Virus record (IMG/VR): IMGVR_UViG_3300032315_000416
Coordinates: 1 to 57,772 of that record
Strand: one strand, 5' to 3'
Length of the DNA stretch: 57,772 nt
Origin: a virus
Taxonomy: Duplodnaviria > Caudoviricetes
In this document: piece by piece, positions 11,312 to 21,104 of the stretch
Layout: every line of letters starts with the position of its first letter
How positions within the stretch are numbered: the stretch's first letter is position 1
The notes under the pieces: model-generated
Database searches by the model: none
The model's input: only the letters and a program-made list of their open reading frames with translations
Told to the model about the DNA's origin: nothing
Translations under genes and position numbers: made by a program

Positions 11312-12579
11312 TAGAACGAACCACCGCTAATTAACCCCGCCGTAAATGTTGCTGGGGTAATCACTTGAGGATTGGCTAGGTTAGAATTGTCAAGTCGCAT
11401 TATCTGCGATCCGTTTGCGGTAAATCCAAGAACGTTTGCACCCGCTTGGTACATACCAGTGTTAGTGTCTGATAGGAAAGAGAACGGCGGCGAGCTTGCG
11501 GTTCCGTTAATTGCGTAGAATGAGTTTACAGCGGCGCTAGTTAAAGAGAAGATAGTGTTGCCGTCACTGATAACCGTAGCTACAGTATTACCAGCCAATG
11601 AGAACGATGGGCCACCGCTGCCAGAGATTTGGAATGTGATTGTGCTGTACGTACCCACCGGCACCTTGTTAACCAAAACATACATTTGTGTAATGGCTGG
11701 CAAGACAACGTTCAATGTGCTTGAGCGTGTGCCAGACAAAGCCACGTAGGTCTGAATAATTGGCGCGTACGATACTAGACTTAACGTGCTGCCCGCAATA
11801 CTGTCTACGTCATAGGTAGCAGCGGTAAACGTAACGTTAGACGGGATTGTGTAACCAATCGTGAAGAAGTTACCAGTGGATTGCTCGTACAAAACGTAGC
11901 CAGAGTCGCCAGGGTTTGCAATAATATTGCTAGTGCTGTTAATTAGCGATAAGCCCTGTGGCTGAAGAGTTAATGCGCCGGTGCCGTTGTTTCTAAATGC
12001 AATCCACCAGCCGGTTGATAAACCAACAGAGCTTGGTAAACTAAAAGTACTATTGCCGCCTTGCCAAACAAACGATGTTCCACGGCTGCTATCAGAGATA
12101 ACTGGCACCGTAGATACACGGGACACGTTGGAAGTTACCGCTAGCTTACCAGCAATAGTGGTAAGTCCTGCTCCCTGCAATGTTGCGGCATCTGCTGAAG
12201 ACGTACCAGCTCCAAACGTAACGTTCTGCCAGACACCGTTAACCGTGGTGTTATCAGACAGGTAGAAATATAATGCTTCACCTGGATCTACTGTAACCGA
12301 TGCGCCGCCGCTAAAGTTAGCAACGATAAACGAGTTAGCACCAAAGTTACGGATAAGAATGTCAGAGCCAACAGAACCTTGATTACCTTGTGGCAAAAAG
12401 ATTGTTAATCCGAACGTCGACGGTGTGCAGTCTATGATACGCGCGGCTGGCACCTGTGTTGGGTTAACTACTGCAGGCCAGTACAGTGGCGTATTGGTGC
12501 CAAAGTTTAAGTCGTAGTACGATACATCTGTTGGTACAACAACGGTGCCGGTAAACGGCGAGGTATATGTAATGGACAT
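11311..12579 (-). CDS. Tail/fibre-associated structural protein
   Basis: Beta-rich, with the C-terminal GTASSPPFSFLSDTNTGMY motif common in fibre proteins. Confidence 0.6.
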   Translation of the reverse strand: MSITYTSPFTGTVVVPTDVSYYDLNFGTNTPLYWPAVVNPTQVPAARIIDCTPSTFGLTIFLPQGNQGSVGSDILIRNFGANSFIVANFSGGASVTVDPGEALYFYLSDNTTVNGVWQNVTFGAGTSSADAATLQGAGLTTIAGKLAVTSNVSRVSTVPVISDSSRGTSFVWQGGNSTFSLPSSVGLSTGWWIAFRNNGTGALTLQPQGLSLINSTSNIIANPGDSGYVLYEQSTGNFFTIGYTIPSNVTFTAATYDVDSIAGSTLSLVSYAPIIQTYVALSGTRSSTLNVVLPAITQMYVLVNKVPVGTYSTITFQISGSGGPSFSLAGNTVATVISDGNTIFSLTSAAVNSFYAINGTASSPPFSFLSDTNTGMYQAGANVLGFTANGSQIMRLDNSNLANPQVITPATFTAGLISGGSF

Positions 12580-12582
12580 AGA

Positions 12583-13203
12583 TTAGGGCTCTTGAATAGT
12601 AGTATTGCGATCCACACGACGCGAATCGTCTTCTTTTTTCAGTGCGTTTAGTGAGTCAGTGTAGTAGCTCTTCCAGACAGGTAATTTGTCCAGTGCTTTT
12701 AAATATCCCTGAGCTTGCAACAATGTACCAAACAACATGGCCTGTGGACACTCGCGGGTAAATAGGTTTTGTTGGTTTGAAGTATCTAAGGGCTGGATCT
12801 CACTGTAATAAATGATTTCAAGCGGTGTCGCTACGGATGGCTTTGGCGCAAACGCAAAGTTGTTGTAGTCATACTCTGCATAATATTTTGGCGCGCCAGC
12901 ACTAGACTCAGATTCATATTGAGCCACGTAGTCTTGTGAACGTATTAACAGTGGACGACCATTTGCTTTCATGGATACCGTCTTGCGCCAACGGGCTGGC
13001 TTATTCAGCACCACTTGGTTAACTGCCAGTGTTGTCTCTACAACAGTTAGTTGCAGCAGCGTCTTTAGCTCTGCCGCAATAGCTGACTCTGCCAATCCGA
13101 TTAGGCTAGGGATCTGCGCAATAAAACCTGCGTCGTCTCTTTCCATGTAGTTAATGACATCCTGAACCAGGTTGTCATACGTCATTTGATATGCGCCGCT
13201 CAT
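12583..13203 (-). CDS. Head-tail adaptor protein
   Basis: MTYDNLVQDV..Y...IP.LI.LAE and G.PKYY...FAPKP patterns typical of podovirus adaptors. Confidence 0.65.
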   Translation of the reverse strand: MSGAYQMTYDNLVQDVINYMERDDAGFIAQIPSLIGLAESAIAAELKTLLQLTVVETTLAVNQVVLNKPARWRKTVSMKANGRPLLIRSQDYVAQYESESSAGAPKYYAEYDYNNFAFAPKPSVATPLEIIYYSEIQPLDTSNQQNLFTRECPQAMLFGTLLQAQGYLKALDKLPVWKSYYTDSLNALKKEDDSRRVDRNTTIQEP

Positions 13204-14279
13204 CGTGTGTAGTAACTATAGTTAGGTTGGAAATAGATCGGTGACTTGTCACGATCCTCTTCTTCGAACTCTGTACGAGCTTGCAATGCCAGTTTCTCTA
13301 AATACGTTACCCGAGCCAAATCAATGCCAGGTAACTGCATAGCCACCTTATGGGATAGTGCAGCTTGAACGTATGGGATCACACGATCTGGTAAATACAG
13401 TTCGTTAGTTAATGTGCCGACGTCTTGAGGTTGGATGTCTAAGATTAACTGGAATACTTGGTAGTTGTTATTAGGCACTGGCCATAGGTACATCTCGGGG
13501 TCGATCTGCCTGTTAAACCAATACTGCAGCGAACGTTGGCTTTGGAATTGCTTGTTTGGCAAGTTCCAATAGTCTGTACGGTTTAAACGGGATAGGGGAA
13601 TAACCTGTTGGCTTTGTGCAAACTGAATAGCACGAAGGGAGAACGTTGATGTTGTGACGCGATTCTTTAAACGGAAACCATAAAACTCTTGGGTTGCGTT
13701 AATAGTAAAGTAAGCCCACTCACGGTCTGCTAGTGTTTTAGTTGGGAACGAATACCAAGTAGTCCAATTAACGCCATCGTTGGTTACTTCCAAATCTAAG
13801 CTATAGTCTGCTGCACCAGCGGGGGCGTATGCATTAAAGCCGACATAAAAGATGCGTGTACCTTGACTATACGATGCGCCAAAGTAATTGTCCACTAGCG
13901 TGGAGGTTGCGAACAGATCTAAGTCTGCGTTGCTTGTTTGATCAAACAGAGCATAGGCGCTTGCACTAGAAACTGGCAACGCAGAGGTAATGGATGGGTT
14001 TACAATGTACACCCAGTTGGCTTCCAAAACGTCTACGCAGTTTTTTGGCATAGTCAACCATTGCTGATTAGTCTGTGCGCCAAGCACTACGTTTTGTTGG
14101 AGCCAAATATTAATACCGCGGTTAGCGGAGTTTTGCAAAATATAAAACAGAGCTTGCTTACCGGCATCAGCATACTCAGGTGTAATTTCTTCCGAGGTTC
14201 TACCTGCATCACGCATTGCATAAGCGACTAACTGGTCTACCGTTATCTTGGTCTGGTTATAGGTGCCGGAGTAGGCCAT
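13200..14279 (-). CDS. Adaptor/tail tubular protein A-like, with an inserted beta-sandwich domain
   Basis: N-terminal RGINIW motif and C-terminal RLNRTDY.NLPNK...QYWF.R...LWPVP; the central insertion resembles a discoidin-type domain. Confidence 0.6.
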   Translation of the reverse strand: MAYSGTYNQTKITVDQLVAYAMRDAGRTSEEITPEYADAGKQALFYILQNSANRGINIWLQQNVVLGAQTNQQWLTMPKNCVDVLEANWVYIVNPSITSALPVSSASAYALFDQTSNADLDLFATSTLVDNYFGASYSQGTRIFYVGFNAYAPAGAADYSLDLEVTNDGVNWTTWYSFPTKTLADREWAYFTINATQEFYGFRLKNRVTTSTFSLRAIQFAQSQQVIPLSRLNRTDYWNLPNKQFQSQRSLQYWFNRQIDPEMYLWPVPNNNYQVFQLILDIQPQDVGTLTNELYLPDRVIPYVQAALSHKVAMQLPGIDLARVTYLEKLALQARTEFEEEDRDKSPIYFQPNYSYYTR

Positions 14280-14281
14280 TC

Positions 14282-14449
14282 TTAACGTCCTCTGCCAGCT
14301 GCTCGCTTAGGCACTTTGTTTGGTAATTTGTTTGACGCAGGGCCCGCCTTGACAAACTCTTTGCCTACCTTTTTAGGTATTCCAAGAGTTGACTTACCAG
14401 CGGCTGCGGCATACATTGCGCCCTTTTGGGCTTTTGACTCGTATGGCAT
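14282..14449 (-). CDS. Small basic protein (55 aa, [35 protein letters not shown]...)
   Basis: Read by hand (below the ORF-track cutoff); fills the gap between neighbours with 1-2 nt spacing. Confidence 0.8.
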   Translation of the reverse strand: MPYESKAQKGAMYAAAAGKSTLGIPKKVGKEFVKAGPASNKLPNKVPKRAAGRGR

Positions 14450-14450
14450 G

Positions 14451-14630
14451 TTAGTATCCTATTCGAATGTTTGGGCCTTTGCCAGGTGTGTGCACCGCAC
14501 CAGGGGCAGCAACACCCATGTCACCAGACGGACTGGCCGCGCCAACACCTAACTGCTCTTGCATTGGAACGGCACTTGTTAAACCACCAGCTTGCATTTT
14601 AGCGACGCCTTTCTTAGCGCCGCTTAGCAC
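14451..14630 (-). CDS. -1 frame extension (59 aa) of the 14624-15250 gene
   Basis: Open -1 frame from the A_AAA_AAG site to TAA at 14451-14453; encodes another KMQAGG motif. Confidence 0.7.
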   Translation of the reverse strand: MLSGAKKGVAKMQAGGLTSAVPMQEQLGVGAASPSGDMGVAAPGAVHTPGKGPNIRIGY

Positions 14631-14636
14631 TTTTTT
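14601..14636 (-). other. Programmed -1 ribosomal frameshift signal (A_AAA_AAG, 5 nt spacer, 9-bp hairpin)
   Basis: GCA AAA AAG TGC TAA; after a 5-nt spacer the stem AGCGGCGCT-AAGAAA-GGCGTCGCT follows. Confidence 0.75.
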
Positions 14637-15250
14637 GCTAAGCCACCTTTTTTGTAGCCACCGCCAGTCAATCCGGCTGCTGCAGGGGACTGCTTGATTA
14701 GTTCGCTTTGTTGTGCTGGGTCGAGCATTTTGGCGCGCTTCATCTTTTCCATCATACGGCGCTTCTCGAGTTCAGTCATCTGGCCTTGACCAACTGGTGC
14801 TGAGGGAGCTGCTGCCATAGGACCAGGTGCAGCTGGACCAGTCATACCGCCCATTTGCATTTTCTTAGGCTTCTGACGCTTTGTGTTAGCGATGTCTTTG
14901 AGGTCTTTGTCTGTCTTAGGTGTGCCGTATGCATTCTCTACGGTGCCGCCAGCTTTGTAGCGACCTACGCAACCGCCTTCTTTCTTAGCACGACCACCCA
15001 TTTTGAGTTTCAGTTCGGTCTTTGGCTCGCCTTTGTGCAGCTTAGCTTCATGCTGGCTAACACCTTTTTTAACCATGGTCTTGTCTTGCGCCTTGTCTAC
15101 AGCGCCACCATCTTTTTTGTAGCCCATTTTGTTACGTATCTCGGTTGGCAGCTTTGACAGGCCAGGATTTGTATCTGTGTCTACGTCTTTTAATACAGCG
15201 CCGCCTTCTTTAAAGCACTGCATTTTTGGTAATTTTTTAAAGCCGTCCAT
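14624..15250 (-). CDS. Lys-rich protein with 7 xxGG repeats (candidate internal head protein)
   Basis: FKEGG, KKDGG, LKMGG, KKEGG, YKAGG, MQMGG, YKKGG; preceded by a promoter element and a GAGG RBS. Confidence 0.75.
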   Translation of the reverse strand: MDGFKKLPKMQCFKEGGAVLKDVDTDTNPGLSKLPTEIRNKMGYKKDGGAVDKAQDKTMVKKGVSQHEAKLHKGEPKTELKLKMGGRAKKEGGCVGRYKAGGTVENAYGTPKTDKDLKDIANTKRQKPKKMQMGGMTGPAAPGPMAAAPSAPVGQGQMTELEKRRMMEKMKRAKMLDPAQQSELIKQSPAAAGLTGGGYKKGGLAKKC

Positions 15251-15300
15251 GGTATTTCCTCGAGTAGTTTAACAAAAAGGGGTGATCTGCCCCTATATAC

Positions 15301-15330
15301 ACTAATGCAAAAAAGGCAATTGTTTCGCCC
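15301..15330 (-). promoter_or_regulatory. Late promoter-like element 2
   Basis: GGGCG-N16-TGCATTAGT. Confidence 0.8.
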
Positions 15331-15863
15331 TAGATTTCAGCTAAAAACAATGCCCTTTCAGCCTTCCTGCGTTTCTTTAATTGACTTGGATTACTCCAGT
15401 TTAAGAAAGCGTCCGCCGCCTTGTAAACATCCCCATTGTTAAGGTGCTTAACGACATCCGACTTGATCATTCTGTCTGGCCCAATGTTGTGGCATAGGCT
15501 GTGCATGGCGTCGGCTTGGGTCCTAGTGACAGGCACCTTTACAGCCGATTCTAGGGCATCTGAGCACTTTTTAAGGTCACTGTGTAGGATACCCATTACC
15601 TCTGCCTCGGAAAGCTCTCTATGGAGCAAATGGGCGTCCTTTTGACGAATCTGGTGCCCAACGCCCGTAGTCCACTTCCCAACACCGTCAACGTACGCTT
15701 TGTACCGTTTTCCCTCAAAGCCAACAATTAGTTCTATGGTCGATTCTGCAACCCATTCAAACTTCTTTTCATACTGTATTAGCCAATTGCCAAAGGGATT
15801 GTAGGTTACTGAACCGAGCACGATCATAGCCGAGCACAGACACGCTGCGATTGTCTTAATCAT
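15330..15863 (-). CDS. GH24 lysozyme/endolysin with N-terminal hydrophobic (SAR/signal-like) segment
   Basis: Catalytic E-X8-D-X5-T triad in FEGKRYKAYVDGVGKWTTGVGH; C-terminal L..RR.AERALFL. Confidence 0.9.
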   Translation of the reverse strand: MIKTIAACLCSAMIVLGSVTYNPFGNWLIQYEKKFEWVAESTIELIVGFEGKRYKAYVDGVGKWTTGVGHQIRQKDAHLLHRELSEAEVMGILHSDLKKCSDALESAVKVPVTRTQADAMHSLCHNIGPDRMIKSDVVKHLNNGDVYKAADAFLNWSNPSQLKKRRKAERALFLAEI

Positions 15864-15895
15864 ATTTCCTCCAGGTTTGTGACTATATCACAAAC

Positions 15896-16324
15896 TTAGG
15901 TGAATGGGCGAGTTCCTGCTCTGTCGATGATTAGAGCTTGTCTGCGAGGACTAGCGCCAGAAGTGTTAGGCACACTAATATGTGTCCAACGGTCAAATTC
16001 TCGAATAATTTGGTCATATCCAATCCCCGATGCAATAACGGCACGAACCACCTCGTCTGGGGTCACGCCGGGTACACGAATGTCTGCAGCACAACCGATG
16101 CGGTGTTGGCTGCTATCTTTGGAACCTACCGCATCATTGACCTGTTTAGATCTAAATGCGCTGTTAACTATAATAGGTTTACCACCTAAAAGAATTTTAA
16201 CATCTTCCAAGAGCGCTGCCAAGCGGACAAGGTTGGCTGTTTCTGTAGCGTTCGGTGCGTTGTCAAACTGACGATGGTCGGTGTGCGTCAGTTCTTCTAG
16301 GGTAAAGTGTTCACTTAGCTGCAT
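15896..16324 (-). CDS. Peptidase M15A endolysin
   Basis: LSEHFTLEEL, SAFRS..VN.AVG....SQH..G.AAD and W.HIS zinc-binding motifs. Confidence 0.9.
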   Translation of the reverse strand: MQLSEHFTLEELTHTDHRQFDNAPNATETANLVRLAALLEDVKILLGGKPIIVNSAFRSKQVNDAVGSKDSSQHRIGCAADIRVPGVTPDEVVRAVIASGIGYDQIIREFDRWTHISVPNTSGASPRRQALIIDRAGTRPFT

Positions 16325-16724
16325 CTTTTTCTTTCGCTCTCATATCCATGATCTTCTCGAGCGTACGCCCGCCGAAATAAAATGACATAATTAACATACC
16401 CCACTGACCCAGTAATTCTACATAGGCTTTGTTGGTGTCTAAATCAAAAGCTGACATCATAGCAAATATAAAATATCCGCCCAAAATAAACAGCAAAGTC
16501 ATTGGACGGATGTTTTTAGACAGCCAGCTATCACTGCTCATGTCGGCTTGAAGCCGTGCAGTCAGCTCATGTTGCTCCGCAGCGTCGGCATTAATTTTAG
16601 CCAGCTCGCCGTTCTGTTGCATTTCTAGCAGTTTGAGCTTAGCCTGTTCAGCCTGTGCTGGATCAGGGAATATCTTGTCTAATATCTTGCCGCCAATGTC
16701 GAGTAGTGCGCCCAGTGGAAACAT
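16311..16724 (-). CDS. Holin (3TM/GTA holin-like)
   Basis: D..SDSWLSKNIRP and FYFGGRT.EK motifs with hydrophobic helices. Confidence 0.8.
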   Translation of the reverse strand: MFPLGALLDIGGKILDKIFPDPAQAEQAKLKLLEMQQNGELAKINADAAEQHELTARLQADMSSDSWLSKNIRPMTLLFILGGYFIFAMMSAFDLDTNKAYVELLGQWGMLIMSFYFGGRTLEKIMDMRAKEKDAAK

Positions 16725-16730
16725 TATTTT

Positions 16731-17186
16731 TTACCCCTTATAGCCCCAAGTAAGGTAGTAAGCAATAAGCGTAGCCGCTGCAAAACAGTAGAACTGAACT
16801 CGGCGAATTGCTTTAAGATCGTGTTGAAACTCTTCATTATTTTTCCTCTCTAGATTCTCAATGTCTAGTTTAATTTTGAGTAGGGCGTCCCACTCCTTTG
16901 CGCCGTACTTCTTTACGAAGTTTATTTTTAGGTTTGCCTCCTCGTCGGAGATTTGTTTTTTGCGTTTCCACTCGTCCAGTGCTCGGATGAGGGCGTTTTG
17001 CTTTTTGATTTCGGCCTCACGGGCGGCTCTACGGCGCTCTTGGGCTCTTTGTTGGGCAACGTCGACACCGTCTTGCTGGATGCCTTCGATGCTTTTGGTT
17101 ATTTGTTTAGCACTTTCTCTGGTCGAGTCAATCGTGCCGCTAAGAGTTTTTGCTCCTTCTAAAAATCCAAACTGGTCTGGTGGCAT
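16731..17186 (-). CDS. Coiled-coil protein with C-terminal transmembrane helix (lysis-region accessory)
   Basis: Charged helical body and hydrophobic C-terminus. Confidence 0.6.
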   Translation of the reverse strand: MPPDQFGFLEGAKTLSGTIDSTRESAKQITKSIEGIQQDGVDVAQQRAQERRRAAREAEIKKQNALIRALDEWKRKKQISDEEANLKINFVKKYGAKEWDALLKIKLDIENLERKNNEEFQHDLKAIRRVQFYCFAAATLIAYYLTWGYKG

Positions 17187-17207
17187 ATGTAGTCATTTTT
17201 ATAATTA

Positions 17208-17441
17208 TTATCTGTCGACTTTTTTATCTAGTTTATCTTCAATACGATGAAGGGCTTTTAGTACTTCATTCCAACGATCATTAAAGTCGTCTTTGTGTAC
17301 ATAGTGGGTTGGCAACTCCTCGCGAAGTTTGGCTAAATCGTCTTTTAGATCTTGGACGGCTGTCCATAGTTCTCTGCAGAACCAACCAAGCACGCCGCAG
17401 ATGATGGGTATTGCAATGTTAAATAGTTCTTGCATGTCCAT
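17208..17441 (-). CDS. Small membrane protein (N-terminal TM helix plus coiled coil)
   Basis: Hydrophobic N-terminus and LPTHYVHKDDF motif; precedes the lysis genes. Confidence 0.65.
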   Translation of the reverse strand: MDMQELFNIAIPIICGVLGWFCRELWTAVQDLKDDLAKLREELPTHYVHKDDFNDRWNEVLKALHRIEDKLDKKVDR

Positions 17442-18799
17442 TATTGAGCCGCTTTCAATGCATCAATTTCGGCTTTGAGTTCTTGAATTGCTTTAACCAA
17501 ATACGCTGTTAAATTAAGATCAAGCGCTTTTATTGTCTCTTGGCCCTGCGGCACAAATTGTTTATATTTTTCTGGAACAATCGTTTCTATAGTATGCCCA
17601 GGAAAAATTGTTTCAAACTCCTGTGCAATAAAACCAGTTTTAGTTTCACCAATTTTATCTTTGTATTCAAAATGAATTGGTTTAAGGGAGTTTATTTTAT
17701 CTAGTGCGCTTGTTATTGAGCGAACATTTGTTTTTATGTTGTTGTCTGATATGGTAGACCAGTTGGGCGAATTGCTAGCTTGGAAATTACCGCCAGTTGA
17801 AAAGTACACAGAACCAAAACTTCCACCTACGTTAAAGTAAAAAATATTACCGCTGCCGGTAGATGAAATTGTGTTAATAGAAGAACCAATACCAACGTTA
17901 TTGGATTGCAGCGCTGAATATCCACCGGCGTTTGTGCAAGTGACAAGTCCAATAGCAGTCACGCCAGTAACAGAAATGCTAGGTGATCCCGTCAGTCCTG
18001 CGGCTGTTGTTGCGCTATTTGCAGTATTTGCGCTATTTGCAGTATTTGCGCTGCTTGCGCTGCCGGCTGATGTTGCAAATGATGCGCTGGCCGCAGTGCC
18101 GCTAATGTTAATACCCCACGTGCCAGATGCGCCAGTGCCGTTTGGTTGTGGCGGTGTGTAACCAAGTGCTGTAGTAACTTGACCAGAGGTTAAACCAGTG
18201 GCGTTGACAATATTAACAGATGTTGGTGTGCCAAGAATTGGAGTCACTAGCGTTGGGGAAACATTGCATACCATTACGCCAGTTCCTGTAGAACCAGTTA
18301 CCGCACCAGCGCCGTTTGCTAAGCCAATGGTTGGTGTGGTTGTGCCAGTTACAGTGACAGGGAATGCTGCGTTGACTGCGGTTACACCGCCACCGCCGCC
18401 ACCTGCGGGGGTAGCCCACACTCCATCGCCACGCCAAAAGGTTGTGGCTGACGCGCTGGTGCCGCTGTTAAGATTACCGACTGGCAGATTGCCCGTGACC
18501 TGCGAGGCTAGGTTAACGTTTGACAGTGTGCCGCCCAGTGTCAGGCTGCCCGTGGATGTTACGGTGCCTGTCAGCGTCAGACCGTTTACTGTGCCAGCCC
18601 CAGATACGCTGGTGACCGTTCCGCCACCCGATCCGGCAGAGGTAAGCAGTTGGACCGCGCCGGCATTGTTTTTGTAGTACAGCTTTCCGTCAACTACGTT
18701 AAGCGCTAGTTCGCCTACCGTTAAGTCCGCAGCAAGCGGAACCGACAGTGCGGTCGTGCTGTGGTAAAGCTGAATGGGTGTGAAGCCGGTCTGAGCCAT
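17441..18799 (-). CDS. Tail fibre with C-terminal intramolecular chaperone (peptidase S74)
   Basis: [14 protein letters not shown]-terminal anchor; C-terminal SD..IK.N...GFIAQE...LVKAIQELK. Confidence 0.85.
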   Translation of the reverse strand: MAQTGFTPIQLYHSTTALSVPLAADLTVGELALNVVDGKLYYKNNAGAVQLLTSAGSGGGTVTSVSGAGTVNGLTLTGTVTSTGSLTLGGTLSNVNLASQVTGNLPVGNLNSGTSASATTFWRGDGVWATPAGGGGGGVTAVNAAFPVTVTGTTTPTIGLANGAGAVTGSTGTGVMVCNVSPTLVTPILGTPTSVNIVNATGLTSGQVTTALGYTPPQPNGTGASGTWGINISGTAASASFATSAGSASSANTANSANTANSATTAAGLTGSPSISVTGVTAIGLVTCTNAGGYSALQSNNVGIGSSINTISSTGSGNIFYFNVGGSFGSVYFSTGGNFQASNSPNWSTISDNNIKTNVRSITSALDKINSLKPIHFEYKDKIGETKTGFIAQEFETIFPGHTIETIVPEKYKQFVPQGQETIKALDLNLTAYLVKAIQELKAEIDALKAAQ

Positions 18800-19845
18800 T
18801 ATAGTTCCTCGTAAAACTTTAGGTTAGTTTTTAATCGTCCGTCGGTCGGGTTCATCTCTAGCGCCATCCGACCGTACTTAATTGCTTCTTCTTTAAATTT
18901 TAAGTGATAGGCAGCAATGGCTATTACGTCTGGTAGCATGAACCCCCACGCCTGCGGGGCGCCAGTGTGCTGTGCTATGTTTTGTGTTATCTCTATTGCG
19001 TTCTTGCCTGCGCCGTAGCACTCTGCCCAGCGATGCTTTTCGTAGCAAAGCATCGCCAAATCGTACCAGTTTTCTCGTATGCCAGGCTCTTCTGCTACCG
19101 CCTTACGAAACCATGCAATACCTGGTTGCTGCATTTTTTCCAATGACGCGCCAATCATGCGCATCGTGTGGCTTCTCTCTAGCGTCCACGTCGCTGTAGG
19201 AAGCGTTAGGTATCGTTTTAATTCGTCGACAGCCTCTTGCCATCTAAACTTAAACGTCAGCTCCCTGCCGTAATAGTAGCAGCTACGGTGGCAGTTTTGG
19301 TCTTCCTTTACCGCCATTTCCAAGAGCTCTAGGTATAACCCCCTTGGTTTTGTGTCGTCTGGTTTGTGTGTCATCATCACAAAGGACGTATGGCCGCAAG
19401 TGTCTGTTACCCTAGAATCCGGCATGATGTACTCATGACAGGGAAACTTCCAATAGTAACCGTGACGATTGTGCGCTCTGGACGGGTAGAAGACTCGGTT
19501 CTCACCAAAGTCAAACCCAATGTTAAGACGGGTTATGTCTTCGCTCCAGCACTGCTCAATCTCTTTACGCCATCCAGGGAGTAGCATCTCGTCCAAGTCC
19601 ATAGAGACGCAGATATCCACGTCAGCAGGGACGAGCGCTAGGGCCGCGTTACGGGCCACATCAAACCTAAACGGCGTAACATTAATCTGGTGTACCTGCG
19701 CACCACAATCCTTAGCCATTTCAACGGTCTTGTCAGTGGAGCCAGTATCGGCTATTACTATAAGATCTGCATCTTTTGCTGACTCACAGAACCGTTTAAC
19801 ATGTAATTCTTCGTTTTTTGCAATTGCATATACAGCAATTTTCAT
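18799..19845 (-). CDS. GT2 glycosyltransferase with TPR repeats
   Basis: IAKNEE, ADTGSTD.T, FDVARN.AL and MDLDE (DxD) motifs; helical TPR-like C-terminus. Confidence 0.9.
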   Translation of the reverse strand: MKIAVYAIAKNEELHVKRFCESAKDADLIVIADTGSTDKTVEMAKDCGAQVHQINVTPFRFDVARNAALALVPADVDICVSMDLDEMLLPGWRKEIEQCWSEDITRLNIGFDFGENRVFYPSRAHNRHGYYWKFPCHEYIMPDSRVTDTCGHTSFVMMTHKPDDTKPRGLYLELLEMAVKEDQNCHRSCYYYGRELTFKFRWQEAVDELKRYLTLPTATWTLERSHTMRMIGASLEKMQQPGIAWFRKAVAEEPGIRENWYDLAMLCYEKHRWAECYGAGKNAIEITQNIAQHTGAPQAWGFMLPDVIAIAAYHLKFKEEAIKYGRMALEMNPTDGRLKTNLKFYEEL

Positions 19846-19873
19846 GGATTTCTCCGTAGCTTATCCTGTATAT

Positions 19874-19903
19874 ACTAATGCAAAAAACTAGGGATTTGCG
19901 CCC
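19874..19903 (-). promoter_or_regulatory. Late promoter-like element 3
   Basis: GGGCG-N16-TGCATTAGT directly upstream of the GT2-TPR gene. Confidence 0.8.
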
Positions 19904-20295
19904 TAACTACTCCAAACTGCCTGCGGTTGAGCAGGAAACGTTGCTGGCGTTGTGGGCGGGTTTACTGCAATATTACGCACCGTACTGCGATATGCCAAGA
20001 ACGCATCTTGATTGGTTAAGTATGGATTTGAGTACTGTGGATTGTTAATATCTACAGTGCAGGTCCAATCGGTTTGTTGTAAGAGCGATGTAGCGGTTGA
20101 TTTGTTTTGCGCCTGAATTTCTTCGGGCGTTGGCGCTGGAGGTGCAATCCATTCACCATTAAGCAAAAACCAGTCAAAAGTTACCTCATCCGGTGCTTCA
20201 ATAAACTGAGAAGCATAACCTTCGCTAAAAACTTCGTATGGATCAATTTGCGTCTGATCGGTTACTACATTGTATGTTAAATATACATAGTGCAT
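19903..20295 (-). CDS. Tail fibre assembly chaperone-like protein
   Basis: LLQQTDWT...YR..VR.I...P.QP C-terminal pattern. Confidence 0.65.
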   Translation of the reverse strand: MHYVYLTYNVVTDQTQIDPYEVFSEGYASQFIEAPDEVTFDWFLLNGEWIAPPAPTPEEIQAQNKSTATSLLQQTDWTCTVDINNPQYSNPYLTNQDAFLAYRSTVRNIAVNPPTTPATFPAQPQAVWSS

Positions 20296-20342
20296 TTTGT
20301 GTTAACCTTTTAAATATTATGTTTTATCAAATTTAGAATTTT

Positions 20343-21104
20343 TTATAAACCTATTTGCGTATTTAAATTTTTGCAAACTGATTGTAGATTATCGGGTAAG
20401 TCAATGTCAATTTTTCTTTCTGTAATGTTATTTCTAATGTCGTGCTGCCCATTTAAGCCATAAACAGAATCGTCTTCTTGATGTTGCTGAACAATATTTA
20501 ATAAATTGTGTTCAAAAAAATCTAACTCAAAAAAACTGTAAATCTTTTTTAACGAGTTTTGTGTATCAGAAACTAAATCTTTGTACGATAAAAATAAAAA
20601 CATTTCATTGTTATTTTGATTAACTGTATTAACAACCCCAGAGTAAGACCGCATAATTGGCTCGCTACCATCTTGTAAAAGCGAGTACGCCATAGTTGGA
20701 TTAAACTTTTTATTTTCTGTATACAGATTTATAAACGATTTAACAATTTCCTCTATTGGCCTAACCAAAACAATAATTTTTGGTTTATCTGTAATGTACT
20801 CTTTTATCAACTTAATATTTGGTTCTAATGTCCATGATCTACACTTGTCTAAAACATTGGGTTTTGTAGTGTTTTTGTAATATAAATCTGGAATTGTTTT
20901 TACTATTTCATTGGCAATATCTTGTTTTTTGTTAGCTTGTATTTGCTCTGCCGCATATTCATTAATTGAAACATGGTTGTCCCAAAGCATTTGACATACA
21001 GCAGAATTGCCTTCTGCATGAATTTGTGGGTTTTGGTCTAAAATAGCCGAGAGTAGGGTTGACCCGGCCCTCGGCAATCCGCTTAAAAAAAAGTAATTTT
21101 TCAT
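20343..21104 (-). CDS. Sulfotransferase
   Basis: 5'-PSB motif SGLPRAGSTLL, DK.RSW, and IIVLVRP.EEIVKSF (3'-PB-like). Confidence 0.85.
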   Translation of the reverse strand: MKNYFFLSGLPRAGSTLLSAILDQNPQIHAEGNSAVCQMLWDNHVSINEYAAEQIQANKKQDIANEIVKTIPDLYYKNTTKPNVLDKCRSWTLEPNIKLIKEYITDKPKIIVLVRPIEEIVKSFINLYTENKKFNPTMAYSLLQDGSEPIMRSYSGVVNTVNQNNNEMFLFLSYKDLVSDTQNSLKKIYSFFELDFFEHNLLNIVQQHQEDDSVYGLNGQHDIRNNITERKIDIDLPDNLQSVCKNLNTQIGL

